In this document: one piece after another, positions 1 to 13,657 of the stretch
Layout of the letters: every line of letters starts with the position of its first letter
How positions within the stretch are numbered: position 1 is the stretch's first letter
Source: Lytechinus pictus
Lineage: Eukaryota
Direction: 5' to 3'
DNA: 64,000 nucleotides
Assembly (NCBI RefSeq): GCF_037042905.1
Contig: NC_087245.1
Location: 5,582,001 to 5,646,000 of the forward strand
The notes under the pieces: generated by a model
The model's input: the letters and a program-made list of their open reading frames with translations, nothing else
Told to the model about the DNA's origin: nothing
Databases searched by the model: none
Translations under genes and position numbers: made by a program

Positions 1-89
1 TAAACCGAACCCATCAAAAGGGCTGAAAGAATGACATTTACTTACGTTAACCAAAGAATTGAGGAAATTGCAATTTTAATCGTGAACTG

Positions 90-454
90 TTATACTAATT
101 TTGATAAACCAGAGTATGACAAATCCACATCTAAATATCCATTTTCGCGGAGTACTTTCGAAGTTGATTTCACATGCATGTCAATTATTGCTTTGTGTTT
201 GTTCGTATAAGGGTCAAAAGTCCTATTACTTTCCACTTTCTGACGATGAAAATTTCCTTCTGGATGTGCCACCATGCAGTCTAGTCTGTGATCGTCGATG
301 GGAACGTGTAAGAATTGGAGGATTCTCACTATCTCCTGACGGAGGTGGGATTGAAGTCGTTCGAAGTATACGACCATGACGTTGGTACGGGTAACCCAAG
401 TTACGATGCGTTCTTCCCACGCGATGGATGCACTCTCGACAAATGCGTCCCAAT
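90..454 (-). CDS. WSCD-family-like sulfotransferase last coding exon
   Basis: DWDAFV...VVYFERL...RLDCMVAHPEGNFHR...FDPYT matches the WSCD C-terminus. acag| acceptor in phase 1; stop at 92-90. Confidence 0.85.
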
Positions 455-1196
455 CTGTTTTGGATGTGAAAGAAAGAGGGATGAAAAAATTAAGGATGGG
501 GGGGGGGGTTGAAATGATGTAAGTTTGTGCATACGCGGATCCGGGGAGGGGTGGCGGTCCCCTATTGACTGCGCACAAAAAATAAGAACAAACTAAAACA
601 AATTAAATGACAGGATAAAAAGAAAGAAAAAAAGATAAGAGGAATAAAATTAAGTGAATGAAATTAGGGAATTGGAATGATTGGAAAATATAAAAAACTT
701 TAAGATAACTAAAAATATCACTCGTGCTTTTGGCTCCTATTACCCATAAAACATGTAGCCTATTCGCTGAATATATACGTGAATATATAGGCCTAACGTT
801 TACAAGTCAAAGTACCAAAAATTGTCTGCTCGTGATTCGATATTTCATTTATCAAGCGAGATTCACATACTGTTCATGCGATTGCAGCGGTGCTGAATAA
901 AATTATTTCAGCTCGCGCTTCGCGCTCGCATTATTTGATTAGATAGATACCTATCCTCTTCCTGATGAAATACAAGGGCGGTGCCTGAGTATTTTGACAT
1001 TGGACATGATCGATGAATTATAGTGTCTCTTTTTTTATTATTGTATTTATTCTTTCTCCTAGTTTACACCGTTTTTATATATTATTTTACATAGTATTTT
1101 GATTTCATATACTTAAAACATAACGAGGTATAGTTGTCCCCTGTCACACTCTCTTCGACCCTGTTATCAAATATCAAGTTCGTTTATTGTACTCAC

Positions 1197-1400
1197 CAGA
1201 AGAAAAGAAGTATTGATGAGATGCCAATCCCGTATGACCAGCGCTCACTAAGTTTGCGTAAGCAAGTAAAGTATCATATGGGTTTCGGACTATGAGAACT
1301 GCTCCCTCAAATAGATTCGTTGTCGGTGATGATCCCATATCATGTGTTTTAACTATGATTGTCTTCCCACTCGTATAACGCGCGTACTCTCCTTTAAAAC
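1197..1400 (-). CDS. WSCD-family-like sulfotransferase internal exon
   Basis: GFKGE...IIVKTH...AVLIVRNPYDTLLA contains the VKTH and 3'-PB RNPY motifs. ctag| acceptor and G|GTGAGT donor; phases consistent. Confidence 0.85.
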
Positions 1401-1845
1401 CTAGTGATATCACAAAAAATGAAATTGAAGCATGCAGTTTATATTTGGATAAAGGATAGTTAGAATGTTCATTTTTATGAAATTCATTTTTAAAATTCAA
1501 ATTCAATTAATGTATATGCAGTCAGTCACGACAAGACCTGGCAAGATCATAATTAAAGTCACATAATTATTTTGATAAAGTAGTTACACCATAAAGTTCT
1601 TTCTTCTTCTCTCGCTCAGCTCGCTTGCAAAATATACACATACATGTATGTATGTTTTTTAAGGTATGTGCATGCAGCGAGAAAGGTTAAATTATAGTAT
1701 AGGCGTACACCATGTACACACTTTGTTCGTTCTATGCTCTCGCTCGTATATAATCACAGAAAAAATAAAATCCATCTAGCGAGGTGATTAAAGAGTACAC
1801 GATAGTAATTCCATTTTATTTCATTGAATAATGTAGGCCTGTAGG

Positions 1846-2633
1846 CAGGGGTGTCGATCCATTTTTCAGATGGGGGGGGGGGGCAAAATCATGAATCAAC
1901 GTTCCAAAGGTGCTCGATCACACAAAACAAACAAACCCACCCACACACACACATCTCACCAACAAATTAATGCGAGCGCGAGCTGAAAACTGGAAAAACG
2001 TACCTGTTTAGGACTGTTCGTAGTAACTCATGAGGAGGATACATATCTCACTACGCAGATAATCCGAGAGCGAGCTTAAATTTCTTTATATTCTGACCTG
2101 AAAGCTTGATATTCTAAGCATTTTTGGTACCAGTGATTAAGACGGGTATCTAAAAGAACAATAGATGCGAGCGCGAAGCGCGAGCTGAAAATTTTGATAT
2201 TTCGATCTGAAAAAAATGACAGTTTAATGGACGTTTTTAATAAAAGAATAAGATATATATCCAACAAAAGATTATTGCAAATCGAAGCGGGAGATCTTTT
2301 GAGGTTTAGAACTGAAAACGGGACATTCTTTTCACCTATTTAATCATGAAAAGGTTTTTTTTTTGGTTTTTGCTCAAGAAATCATGCGAGCGCGAAGCGC
2401 GAGCTGAAAATTTTTACATTCCAATTGGAAAAGCGGACATTTTAAGCACGATTTTAAATAAAGAACGAGTTGTGTATCTCAATCTCGCTTGCTGATTTCT
2501 GTGTAACATCACAATCTTATTTAATTTTTGCACATGCGGAATTATGGGGGGGGGGGGGCAAAACGATATGTTTGCCCCCCCAGAGTTTTTAATTGGTGGG
2601 GCGATCGCCCCCCCCCCAGGATCGACGCCTCTG
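1846..2633. mobile_element. Non-autonomous hAT-like MITE
   Basis: TIRs CAGGGGTGTCGATCC / GGATCGACGCCTCTG with a perfect 8-bp TSD CCTGTAGG (1838-1845 and 2634-2641); internal GCGAGCGCGAAGCGCGAGC motifs. Confidence 0.85.
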
Positions 2634-3842
2634 CCTGTAGGCCTACTTCTATTTAAAAGATGGATATATTTAAAAGATGGATATTTTTTCTCGCTCATGT
2701 ATTCGCTCGTATTTCTTTCAATACAAGATGGTAATGAAACAAAAACATTTGGAAACCAATTAAAAAAAAGTTTTACGTCGATACCGTGGTATATATCACT
2801 ACAGAGACTGCTTTTCTCGCTCGCTCTGTTCGTCAGTATAAAGGGAAACTAGTGTGATGTGAAGTAAATACAGGCCTACAACATGATTTTAGGGGATTTT
2901 CGAAAGCAAACAACTTCGATGATCTTGATGGACGGCTATACAAATACTTGTAATTATCTTTCTGTAAAGATAAATGGTTGTGACCAACTCTTTCTCAAAA
3001 AAATTTTCACGACCCGAAGGGAAATAAAATAAGGAAAGGAATAAGGGTGCATGAAATATGATATTATTTTCTGAATATTATGTCGAAATCTATCACAAAC
3101 TTGGATTGTTGTAGTAAAAATGTCGGAATTTTTGCTCACTTGCGGCTCGCTCCTTTTTATTAATAGTAACGCGATACGCCATATAGAGCCCCGTCAAAAT
3201 ATTTGGCTCATTACGCCACTGATAGGTGTCAAAACAAAGGCACATTTTGCAAGATAAGTGGTCGTGACCAACTTAAGTGTTATTCTAAGAGAACATACTT
3301 TTTCTTTCTAAACACATACCCTACTCTGATAACATTAAATTTGACTATTTTGGCTTTCTTGCAAAAAAGAAAATTGCAAATTTCATGACAGCAAGTTGCC
3401 AACTTGAAATGAAGATTTGCTGGGGGATTTTTTGGTGGTTTCAAATTCGAGTTCCTGTATGCTCGAAATAAACTTCTGTAAACCCTGTTGTATTATTCGC
3501 CTCTCCATGAAAGTGCCGGGGCATGGCATCGAGGCCCGCATCGAAGCTGCCAGATCGACTAGTCATATCAGGTGCTTTGGGAGGGGGGGGGGGGGGGCTT
3601 TGGGACAGTTTCATTTCTCATTTTGCGCAAAAGAGTATATTCTTTATTCTGGAAAGAGGGATGGGAGGCTTTTAAGGACCCCCTAACCCCAACTTTACTC
3701 CAAGTTATACGATGGATTAACTTTACCCAGCTGTCCCAGTCACGGAACCGCATTTATCTCACACCCCTCCACACACACCCCCACACACACCCTAGGGTCA
3801 CACATCCTCCAACGTACCCGCGCACACATACAATCTACTGAC

Positions 3843-4022
3843 CTCCTCCAAAAAGCTTTTTGTCTAGATAAACACTGCCAGTGTAGAATCCAGAGGCTCT
3901 CTCGAGTAGATATCGTGTCCATGTATTCCCAGATCCAGGCACACCGGTAAGAGCTATCAACGGATAGGTGCGGGGATTGGCGAAATGGGCGTTCTTACAC
4001 ACATCAAAAGACACAGCTGGGA
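3843..4022 (-). CDS. WSCD-family-like sulfotransferase exon containing the 5'-PAPS-binding loop
   Basis: [31 protein letters not shown] matches the WSCD1/2-type motif (SFPGSGNTWxRxLxExATGxYTGSxY). Bounded by tag| acceptor and G|GTCAGT donor. Confidence 0.85.
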
Positions 4023-4184
4023 CTAGACTCAAACAAATATATTGTATAAAAGAAAATATGAAAGATTAAAATGGTGACGAAGATCATGATTAATAATAAG
4101 AATAGTCATGATATAGTCCATGATGGTGATGGTGCTAATAATGATGATAAAATAACAATTAAGGGTAGCAATAATACTTATTAT

Positions 4185-4365
4185 ATAATAAGGGTAGTAA
4201 TCACGATAATAATGATAATAATGATGATAATGATAATAATAATAATAATGATAATAATAATAATAATGATGATAATAATAATAATAATGATAATAATAAT
4301 AATAATAATAGTAAAAATGATAATAATATTAATGATGATGATGATGATGATGATAATCACCATAT
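4185..4365. repeat. (ATA/ATG)n microsatellite
   Basis: Trinucleotide run visible directly. Confidence 0.95.
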
Positions 4366-4501
4366 AACCTTAACATTGTTAAGATGCAATTCTGATGATC
4401 AACTGAGGAGTCATTGCACAGCTAGGCACCTAAATTATCCTTCAAAAATCCAGTTTAAAAGTTGTATTCTTGCCAATCCATACTTTGGATATAGGCCTCA
4501 T

Positions 4502-7500
4502 GAGAATCAGAGGTGTGCGCTTAGCTGGCGACTCTCTGTTGCTCTGTCTTTGCATTAAGATTAATTGTGTTATTTGTTTATGCTACCTTATTTTTTGTAT
4601 ATATATGAGTCTTTGTATGTCATAGAAGCTCATGCTAGACAAGTTTTGAGTGATTTTGATATATTGTATTGTCAGTGATTGACTTAGATTTTTTTTTGCA
4701 TATACCTATGCTGTACATGTTTAGGTGAGTTTGTACTTGCTGCCATACTGTGTTTCTTTCAATGTACTTGACTATTCAATGTCAACCATCCGTGTCATTC
4801 TTTCTTTATTTGTCCTTGAATGTGATTTGGTTTAACAATGGATATTATCAGGGTTGTCACCTTTGTTATGGTTCTTACACTGGCCAGTGTACATGTTGTT
4901 GATTGTCATGTAGTATTACAGTATAGACCTTGTAGTGTAATATCACCATCTAGAGTGAAAGTTATTGGATCATATATGTTGTACTATTCCAACTCGAATG
5001 CCACTTTTAGGTTGAGAATACTTATATCTGGTGATGTCAGTCCAAATCCTGGACCTCTGTTCTCTGAGAATTGTACACAAGCACTCACAGATGACAGACA
5101 TATTGTTCATGATGTAGTTGGTAAATCTTACACTAGACTTGATCTTTTCCGATGTAATGTTTTACCCATTAAACTACAACACCATTTCCTCCATCCTGAT
5201 GTTTTGATAAATATTAAGAGGTAAGGAATAAATCGTAAACTAAAAAAGAAAGCTCATCGTGGGAAACGGGGAGGTTGTAGAAAGCAACGTAGAATCCCAG
5301 TACTTACTGGTATCTCTCAGTTTAGTCTGAACAACAAATCTTCTGTGCAGGGAATTAATCATCATAACTTGATTGTTGTTGATACCAATAATAAAAAGGT
5401 TCATGAGTCCTGTTTAAAGATATGTTTATGGAATGCTCACTCTGTACGTAATAAGACATTCCTACTCAATGATTATATTTCTGAACACAATATTGATGTA
5501 ATGATTATAACAGAAACATGGCTTCGAGCAGAAGATCCAGTCATCATCGCAGAATGCCTACCAGCTGGATATGCGGTTGTGAATGCTCCAAGACCAACAG
5601 ATCCTCATGGCGGCATCGCGGTTATTTTTAAGTCTCCACTTCAACTACAGCTGAAAATGGATGACTCTCTGACTTATTCTACATTTGAGCTAGCACACGT
5701 TGTTAGCAATGGAGGTCAATTGCATTTCTTGGTAGTCTACCGACCACCACCTTCTGTGCAGAATCAGCTCCGTACAGCAGACTTTCTTCAAGAATTTGAT
5801 GATCTTACTGCTGAGATATCACGATTGGCTGGGCGAGTTCTTCTTCTTGGGGACTTTAACATTCACGTCGATAAACCTTCAAAGTCTGATGTAGCTCAGT
5901 TCCTATCCATCATAGAATCTGCTAGCTTGGTTCAACATGTCACCGGAGCTACCCATAACATGGGTCACACTTTGGACCTTGTAATGACCAGAGATGAGAG
6001 TAATCATCAAGGACAATCCTCTGCAGACATCTGTCCTACCCGTCATGGCTGCATCATTGAAGATATTGTCATTTATCATAGTCTCATGTCTGATCATCAC
6101 TGCATCCGATTTGTACTCAGGTATCCTCGGCCGGTGGTGAAGAAAGTTAGGCGGACTTTTAGGAACTTCAAGGAAATGGACACAGAGGGATTTAGTGAGG
6201 CACTGATTGACAAACTTAATGACTTGTCCTCGGCTGGTGATGTTGATTCAGTTCTTACTGCGTATAACACATCTGTAGCAGCCTGCGTTAATGAGTTTGC
6301 TCCTCAGAAATCATGTCTCCGCTCCACAAGGGTTCGCAATCCTTGGTTCAACGAGGAAATCCTTACTGCGCGTCGAGAAAGAAGACGGATTGAACGGAAA
6401 TGGATCAAACGTTCTTCAGACACTGATCACACATCTTTTAAGCTAGCTAACAAGCATGTTAATGACCTCATAGTTAAGGCTAAGCAAAAATACTATACGG
6501 AGTTACTCTGTAAAGCCAATGTCAAAACAGTTTTTAATGTTGTTAATAATCTGCTCCACAAGAATGTTAAATTTCTCCCTGTGTATGATAATCCTCTTGA
6601 TCTAGCAAATCGTTTTTCTTTGTTCTTTGTCAAGAAGATAAGTGATATCCGCAACAATGTCACAAATACACCTGAACCAAGAAGTGTAGACAGTCAGGAA
6701 GTCAGTTCTTTTCATGAAAGTATGTTGAATTGTTTTGAGGTTGTCAGTGAGGATAATATCAAACGCATTGTGAGCAATATGTCTAATGCCACTTCTTTAA
6801 CAGATTCTCAACCTACTTGGCTTTTGAAAAAATTTGTCAATAGCAATATTCCTGCTCTGACCTCTATTGTAAACAGCTCATTATTATCGGGTACATTTCC
6901 AGATGGTGTTCATCAGGCTATAGTTACACCAATAATCAAGAAAAACAATCTGAATAAAGACACATTATGTAATTATAGGCCTGTTAGTAATATTTCACAT
7001 ATTGCTAAAGTGATAGAAAAGGTAGTATCAATTCAACTAACAGAACACGTAAATGATAATGGTTTATACGATCCAATGCAGTCAGCATATAGATCCTATT
7101 TCAGCACTGAGACAGCCCTTTTGAAATTGCAGAATGATGTTCTGTCATATTTTGATCAGCATAAGTGTGTTTTCTTAGTCTCATTAGACCTAAGTGCAGC
7201 TTTTGACACTGTGGATCATACCATACTACTGAATCGCTTAAAATCTCGATTTCGCATATCTGGTCTAGCTCTTAAATGGTTTAAGTCTTACCTGACTGGT
7301 TGGTCATCTAGGGTAAGCATAGCCGGAGAGTTGTCTGACCCGTGGGTCACTGAGTTTGGGGTACCCCAAGGGTCAGTTCTCGGGCCGATTCTGTTTAGTT
7401 TGTATATCACTCCCATCTCTGACATTATCAATAAACATGGTCTACAGTATATTTGTTATGCATATGATGTACAACTGTATTGTTCCTTTGACCCGCGCTC

Positions 7501-8435
7501 TTTTGATAACATAAATAAAACACTTGAGAAAACCTCTCTTTGTATTTCAGAAATAAGTAGGTGAATGTCATCTAATTATCTCCAGCTGAATAATAGCAAA
7601 ACTGAATTCATAGCTCTCTGTTCTTCTGCCCGCCATCTGCAATCAATATCACATATTCAGCTTAATGTGAATGGTCAATGCATCCCCATCTCCACTAAAA
7701 CTACTGTTCTTGGAGTATGCATTGATAACATGTTCACACTGTCTGCTCAAGTAAATCAGGTTGTCCGTAATTGTAATTATCATCTCAGCAATTTGTGGAG
7801 GATTCGTAGATTCATTGATCTTAAGACATGTCACCATGCTGTGCGAGCACTTATTCTTTCTCGGTTAGATTACTGTAATAGTTTATATACTGTTTTGTCA
7901 GCTAGAGATAGACGAAAACTTGAGGTTATTTAGAATCGTGCCGCTCGATTAATTTTTGGCTTTGGATCCCGAACTCAAACTACACCCCTACTTAAGGAAC
8001 TCCACTGGCTACCTCTATTCCAACGTATTCAGTTTATAGTCTGTTTATATGTATACAAAACTCTAAATCATCTAGCACCTGAATATCTTAATAATACCAT
8101 CAAATTATACACACCCTCTCGTAATCTTCGTTCAATCACTGACACATGCAGACTTTGCATTCCCTTGTCAAAACTCTCCTCTGCCGAAAAACGGTTTGCT
8201 GTAGCAGCTGCCAAGACTTGGAATACTATCCCTCTTTCAATAAGAAATGCTTCCAGTGTTCTTGGCTTCAAATCTTCCCTTAAGACAAACCTTTTTCCTC
8301 AATGATTAATTTCCCTTTTTATCTTGAATATTGTAGTAATTATTGCAAATGTTAAATTGTTATTCCTACATTGTACGTGCTATGGTACTTTTTGTTTTTA
8401 GCGCCTCTAAATACCCATTATTATTATCATTATTA
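4502..8435 (+). mobile_element. Apparently full-length L2/CR1-group non-LTR retrotransposon, copy 1
   Basis: One reading frame 4838-8305 with APE (WNAHS, ITETWL, GDFNIH, SDH) and RT (DLSAAFDTVDH, GVPQGSVLGP, YAYD in place of YADD); (ATT)n 3' tail; near-identical to 26406-30340. Confidence 0.95.
4838..8305 (+). pseudogene. Disrupted single ORF of the L2/CR1 element (leader, 2A-like motif, APE, RT; about 1155 codons)
   Basis: ORFs at 4838, 5345 and 7565 share one frame. Stops at 5222, 7562 and 7931 are sense codons (TTA, TGG, CAG) in copy 2. Confidence 0.9.
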
Positions 8436-10489
8436 CAATGTTCTTTAAAAGTAAAAAAAACAAAAAACATCTATAATATTCATATGAATTAGCAATTATT
8501 TTAGTTTATCGCCCGGTATTGTATTTTTTGTCATGTATAGAAGTTTAACCATCAGATCATTGAGTCATTAGACCACATCACAACAACGATTTGCGCAGGT
8601 ATGGCCAATTTGAAATTTGCGCGCTGTAGGAAAAATTTTGTCAGAAATCACTAGAAACTTTGACATCCAGTGCCACATGTAATTCAACAAACAGAAAACT
8701 TTAGAAATGACAGGGGTATGAATTACTATACATAATGCACACACGCAAACCCATGTACCCGATATATGATTTATTTCTATTTATTTGTCACGTGATGTAT
8801 CGTGAAACGTTTGTGTCGAGTCACGTGATGATCTCCAATCCAAGGCGTGACGTGACTGTATAGCGGTTTCTTCAACCAATCGGGTTGCACTAAACTTTTG
8901 CCATAGCTATGTGGTTAAATGCACGTCCGGGTCGCGAAATTATTTTCCCCACGATAGTTGTGGACCAAAATACGAACTAATTTGCATACAGCCAATCAGA
9001 GACGATTATTTTTTTTCCCTTGATCTTTTTTCCAACCACAGTTCCGGACCCCAATATGAATATTCATGACTTGCGTCATGAACATATTGAAGAGTGCGCG
9101 CGTGGACATAATTACACAATCACATACTAAATCATGACTGACGATAATTTGTTTTTGTCTATTTTCTTCATATTTTTATTGTCAAAATCATTTTTATCTA
9201 AAAGATTTCTATGTTGACTGTTAATGCAGTATTAGTTCAGTTTTTATAATAACAATAGCGCAGAATGCTATGACCATTAAACTTGTATGATAAAAATTTG
9301 AATATTTAAATATGTCAATTTCTTTATTCAACTTCTAACACTTATGTTACTTTATTGGTAAAAATCAGAGTTAATTTTTCTCATTCATCTTGTACAAGGA
9401 CCTTCAGTCAAAATCTAAATCTTTAGATAATATTTGGTGTTTCTTCTCTATTTTTTGTTATGCCTGGTGGCTGCTCATGATAATACATGACCCGTCATTA
9501 TGGACCATTAGACAGCTTCTGGAAGACTTTAGGGGTATTTACCTTTCCCCCTTCTCTTTCTCAATTTTCTTTCCCTTCCATTTAGTCGATTTGACATTTT
9601 CCGAACCTAGAAATGTTCTTTCCGATGAAGTTTTTTTCTTGATTCGTGTTCCTATGGGGTCCTAGAACAAATTCAGCTTGGTTGCCCAAAGTTGCCGTTT
9701 GGGCAATTTTGCTAATTTGCATAAATCCAAAATGGCCGCCAGATGCCATCTTAAAACTTAACTTTTGAACCCCTTGCCCTAAAATGATAAGTAATGACTC
9801 TTTTTAGGGGTTTAGGAACTTCTATTATCCTTTTTGCAATATAACGTCATCTTCAGGTCAAATCCAAGATGGCCGCCAGATGCCGTCTTGAAAAATTGAC
9901 TTTTGATTCCCTTGCCCCAGAATGACGAGTAATACCTCTGTTTAGGGGTTTTGGGGTGTGTAGAATCTCTTTCTGCTATCTATTTTGCAATATACGGTCA
10001 TCTTCAGGTCAAATCCAAGATGGCCGCCAGATGACGCCATCTTGAAATATTAACTTTTGAACCCTTTGCCCCAGAATCATGAATAATAACTTTATTCGTG
10101 AGTCATTTGGTATGTTGATTAAATTTCTGATGTAATTTTGCTATAAAGGATAATCTTCAGATCAAATCCAAGCTGGCCGCCAAGCGCCATCTTGAAAAAT
10201 TACTTTCCGAGGCTTACAGTGTAAGAGCTTATGTAAGGGGATTTCAGTAAGAATACTAATTTCTTTTATTAATTCTTAATTTTTAGTTCAAGGGGAAGTC
10301 AGATCTGAGATGTCAGACGTTCGACATTTACTGCTCACCTAAAAGAGATCCTCTTTAGGTTTCGGCTATGATCAATTTTGTATTTGTATTTCTTTAAATG
10401 TCCATCCGTACTTTTGTACTGAAGAGGCTTTAAAGTCTTATTTGAATTTGAAAAAGTGTTTTTCCATATTTTTCATAAATCAAAGTGTC

Positions 10490-11663
10490 CAATGATAGGT
10501 ACGCATCAGTACGTCTCAAAAGACGATGGTGTAGCGCGCTATAGGTATTACATATTCGAGAGTGGCTGTAGAGCTCCGCTCTAGAGTGGCAGTCTCTAAG
10601 CAAATTTTGTACAGATGAAGGAGGATGGCACTGAGACAGGTTCAGATAGAGATGCTGCCCTAGCCTTCCTCCTTGGTCTTTGGCCTGCCAATGTAGCATT
10701 CCGATTATTTTCTGACGTCTTGACCCCTGTACTTAGTAGCTCTCCATAGATGGCGACTATCATCTACATCTTCACAAGCATGACAAGTGTTAGTGTTTAT
10801 GCCGGCAAGTTTTATGTCACGTTTGCAGGTGTGTTTATAACGGAGATGATCTATCTGGGGACTAATCACACAGCTCACCTTACATTGGCGAATCCCTTCT
10901 AGGATTTGCCAAAGTTTCATCCGGCGAACATGAGTCACCTAAGGAGCAAAAATAAGCTGGGGATGCCAGCATGCACGTACGCTGAAGGGCCTTATATTTT
11001 CACTCTGTCCTGCCATTTAATGTGTAGCATACGTCCGAGGCATCTGACATTGAAGGTGTTTAGTCGCTTTTCTTGATCGGTGTACGTTTTCCATGACTTA
11101 TTTCCGTTCAGGGGCTTGGCCATGGCTGTGACAGAGTTTCCTATCCTGGTGCTTATCTCATTGTCCAGTGAAAGGGAATTAGAGACAGATAGTCAATGCA
11201 AGGTAGGTGAGGAGACCACCACAACCAAACGAGTGCGTGCTGTTGATAGAGATATCTGGAGGACAGTCAGTGTCTTGAGTCGATCAGGTTTTCTGTCTTA
11301 CAGGGTCATCCAAACTCCTTACATCATGTAGGTCTTGTAGGCCTACTCCAGCTTCTTTATGAAAGGCAGGGGCGACATCTCACGAATGAGAACCATCCTG
11401 ACCATTGTTTTGGCACGTAGCCGGTCGATGTTGAAGACTTTCCCATCTGCTCTGGTACGGATATGTAGATGCATTCTGTGCATTCGCCAAGAGCATACTG
11501 GGGAAGCATGGAGAATAAGATCCTGAGTGTCAGGGCCAGGTCCAGCCTAATTGCTTCACACCACTGCTCACAGGAACTGAGGGAAGCTACCAGATGTTCC
11601 AGCCAGTGGCGTACCTAGGATTTTTCACAGGGGGGGCAAAATTGGCCGCCCAAAAATTTGACA

Positions 11664-11698
<35 letters not shown>

Positions 11699-11975
11699 TC
11701 ATCAATACAAAATAAAGATTTTCGTACCAGAAAAAATTTGACAAGCAAAAAAAAAAAAAAAAAAAAAAAGGTCTTCAAAATCTCGTCAGGGGGGGGGGGG
11801 GCAGAGTGCCCCCCCTGCCCCCCCCCGTAGGTACGCTAGTGGTTCCAGCATTGTAGCAAACTGTTCACATGGAATGATATGGCCATGGATCAGTCTTGGG
11901 GAGCCTATTTTCTACAGGAGGGTAAAAAGTGTACTCGTGCTGACCAAGTCAAAGGCTTTTGTCAGGACGGAAAGT
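10490..11975 (-). mobile_element. Degenerate 3' fragment of an RTE-clade LINE inside the Academ-like element
   Basis: Minus-strand remnants LTKAFDLVS, RTRADGKVFNIDRLRAKT, LRYKHTCKRDIK and C-terminal RDCHSRAELYSHSRIC are typical of RTE/BovB-like ORFs. Confidence 0.8.
11604..11841. mobile_element. Small hAT-like MITE inserted in the RTE fragment
   Basis: TIRs CAGTGGCGTACCTA / TAGGTACGCTAGTG with a perfect 8-bp TSD GTTCCAGC; internal poly-A duplications. Confidence 0.85.
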
Positions 11976-13657
11976 CCAATGATAATTATAAAGGAAGGTA
12001 ATAAGTCAACAGATTTTCTGAAAAATATGGAGAACTCACTTTTTAGTTAAAAAATAATACTTTAAAGTCCTTTCACTAGAAAAATATGGCTGGACATAAA
12101 AAAAAATTATGAGCACTCCCGAAATAGGTCATAGCCCAAACCTTGAATTGTTTAATTCCAAGGTGAGCGGTTAATGACGAAATATATCAACCATCTGACC
12201 ATCTGAGACCTTACTTGACCACTAAAAATTGAGAAATTAAAAGAAATGAATCATTCTTACTGAAATACCCTTACATGAGCTCCTACACATAATAGTAAAT
12301 CTCTTCAGGACAGCGTTTACGATTTTTGGGAGAGTACTTCTTCAAGGTTCAAGGTTCAATAGTCTCGGGGGTAGTTTTTTTTTTTATATGGCGTTTACCG
12401 GCCATCTTTTGTTTTTTATCTGAATGATCCTTTATTGCAAAATTATCAACAGAAATGGAATCAACATATCAAATAACTCACGAAAAGAGGTATTATTCAT
12501 GATTCTTGGACAAAGGGTTCATTTTAAGTAAATTTTTCAAAATGGTATCATCGTGGTATCATCAGGCAGCCATCTTGGATTTGACCTGAAGATGACATTA
12601 TATTGCAAAATAGATAGCAGAAAGAGATTCTACACACCCTAAAACCCCTAAACAGAGGTATTACTCGTCATTCTGGGGCAAGGGGATCAAAAGTCAATTT
12701 TTCAAGATGGCATCTGGCGGCCATCTTGGATTTGACCTGAAGATGACGTTATATTGCAAAAATGATTATAGAAATGGATTCTACACACTCCTTAACCCCT
12801 AAGAAGAGTCATTACTCATCATTTTAGGGCAAGGGGTTCAAAAGTTAAGTTTTAAGATGGCATCTGGCGGCCATTTTGGATTTATGCAAATTAGCAAAAT
12901 TGCCCAAACGGCAACTTTGGGCAACCAAGCTGAATTTGTTCTAGGACCCCATAGGAACACGAATCAAGAAAAAAACTTCATCGGAAAGAACATTTCTAGG
13001 TTGGTGTATTGAGCCTATGGGACTGTCAAATCGACTAATTTGCTATTAGGGCGAGACTGTTACGTAATGTCTCTACGGAGGGGGAGAATGACTTGCACCT
13101 AGACTCCAGAATTGTATATCAGATATTAAGACAGTGGATGATAGTGAATAAGCTAAAACTAAATGACAAAAAAATGAATTTTTGTTGCAGCCTCTACTTA
13201 TAACTTGCGCAATCTTCCAAATGTTCAACTTGATGTTGATGGTACACTCATTAGACCATCAGAAAAATACGAAACCTTGGTGTCATATTTGATTCCCGCA
13301 TGTCAATGTCGTACCATATCTCTCATATCTGTAGCACAGTCACTTTTTATTTAAGGAACATTTCTAGAATCAGAAGGTTTATTGACCAGTCTGCCTGTCA
13401 CAATGCTGTTCGTTGATTGGTTCTGTCTCGTATCGATTATTGCAATTGGCTCATTTCTACAAATCCCTCTAATCAACTTATCCGTATTCAACGACTACAA
13501 AATTGGGCAGCACGATTAATTTTACAGGTTTCCCGAGATCATCCTTCCCAACCACTCTTTAATTATCTTCACTGACTTCCTTTTAAACAGAGAATTACGT
13601 TCAAATTACTCTTGATTGTCTACAAAACACTGAATAAACAGGCTCCACAGTATTTAA

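Larger units (their letters stand above)
9583..13037. mobile_element. Long-TIR non-autonomous DNA transposon, Academ-like
   Basis: Ends TAGTCGATTTGACA / TGTCAAATCGACTA with 3-bp TSD ATT. Arms of several hundred bp (about 9583-10260 versus 12240-13037) contain about 120-bp subrepeats with AAGATGGCCGCC. The Academ label comes from TAG ends plus a 3-bp TSD. Confidence 0.75.

Noticed and set aside
4071..4367. Poly-Ile/Met ORFs, also at 49883-50143, 53396-53614 and 57307-57811
   Set aside because: Translations of trinucleotide microsatellites.
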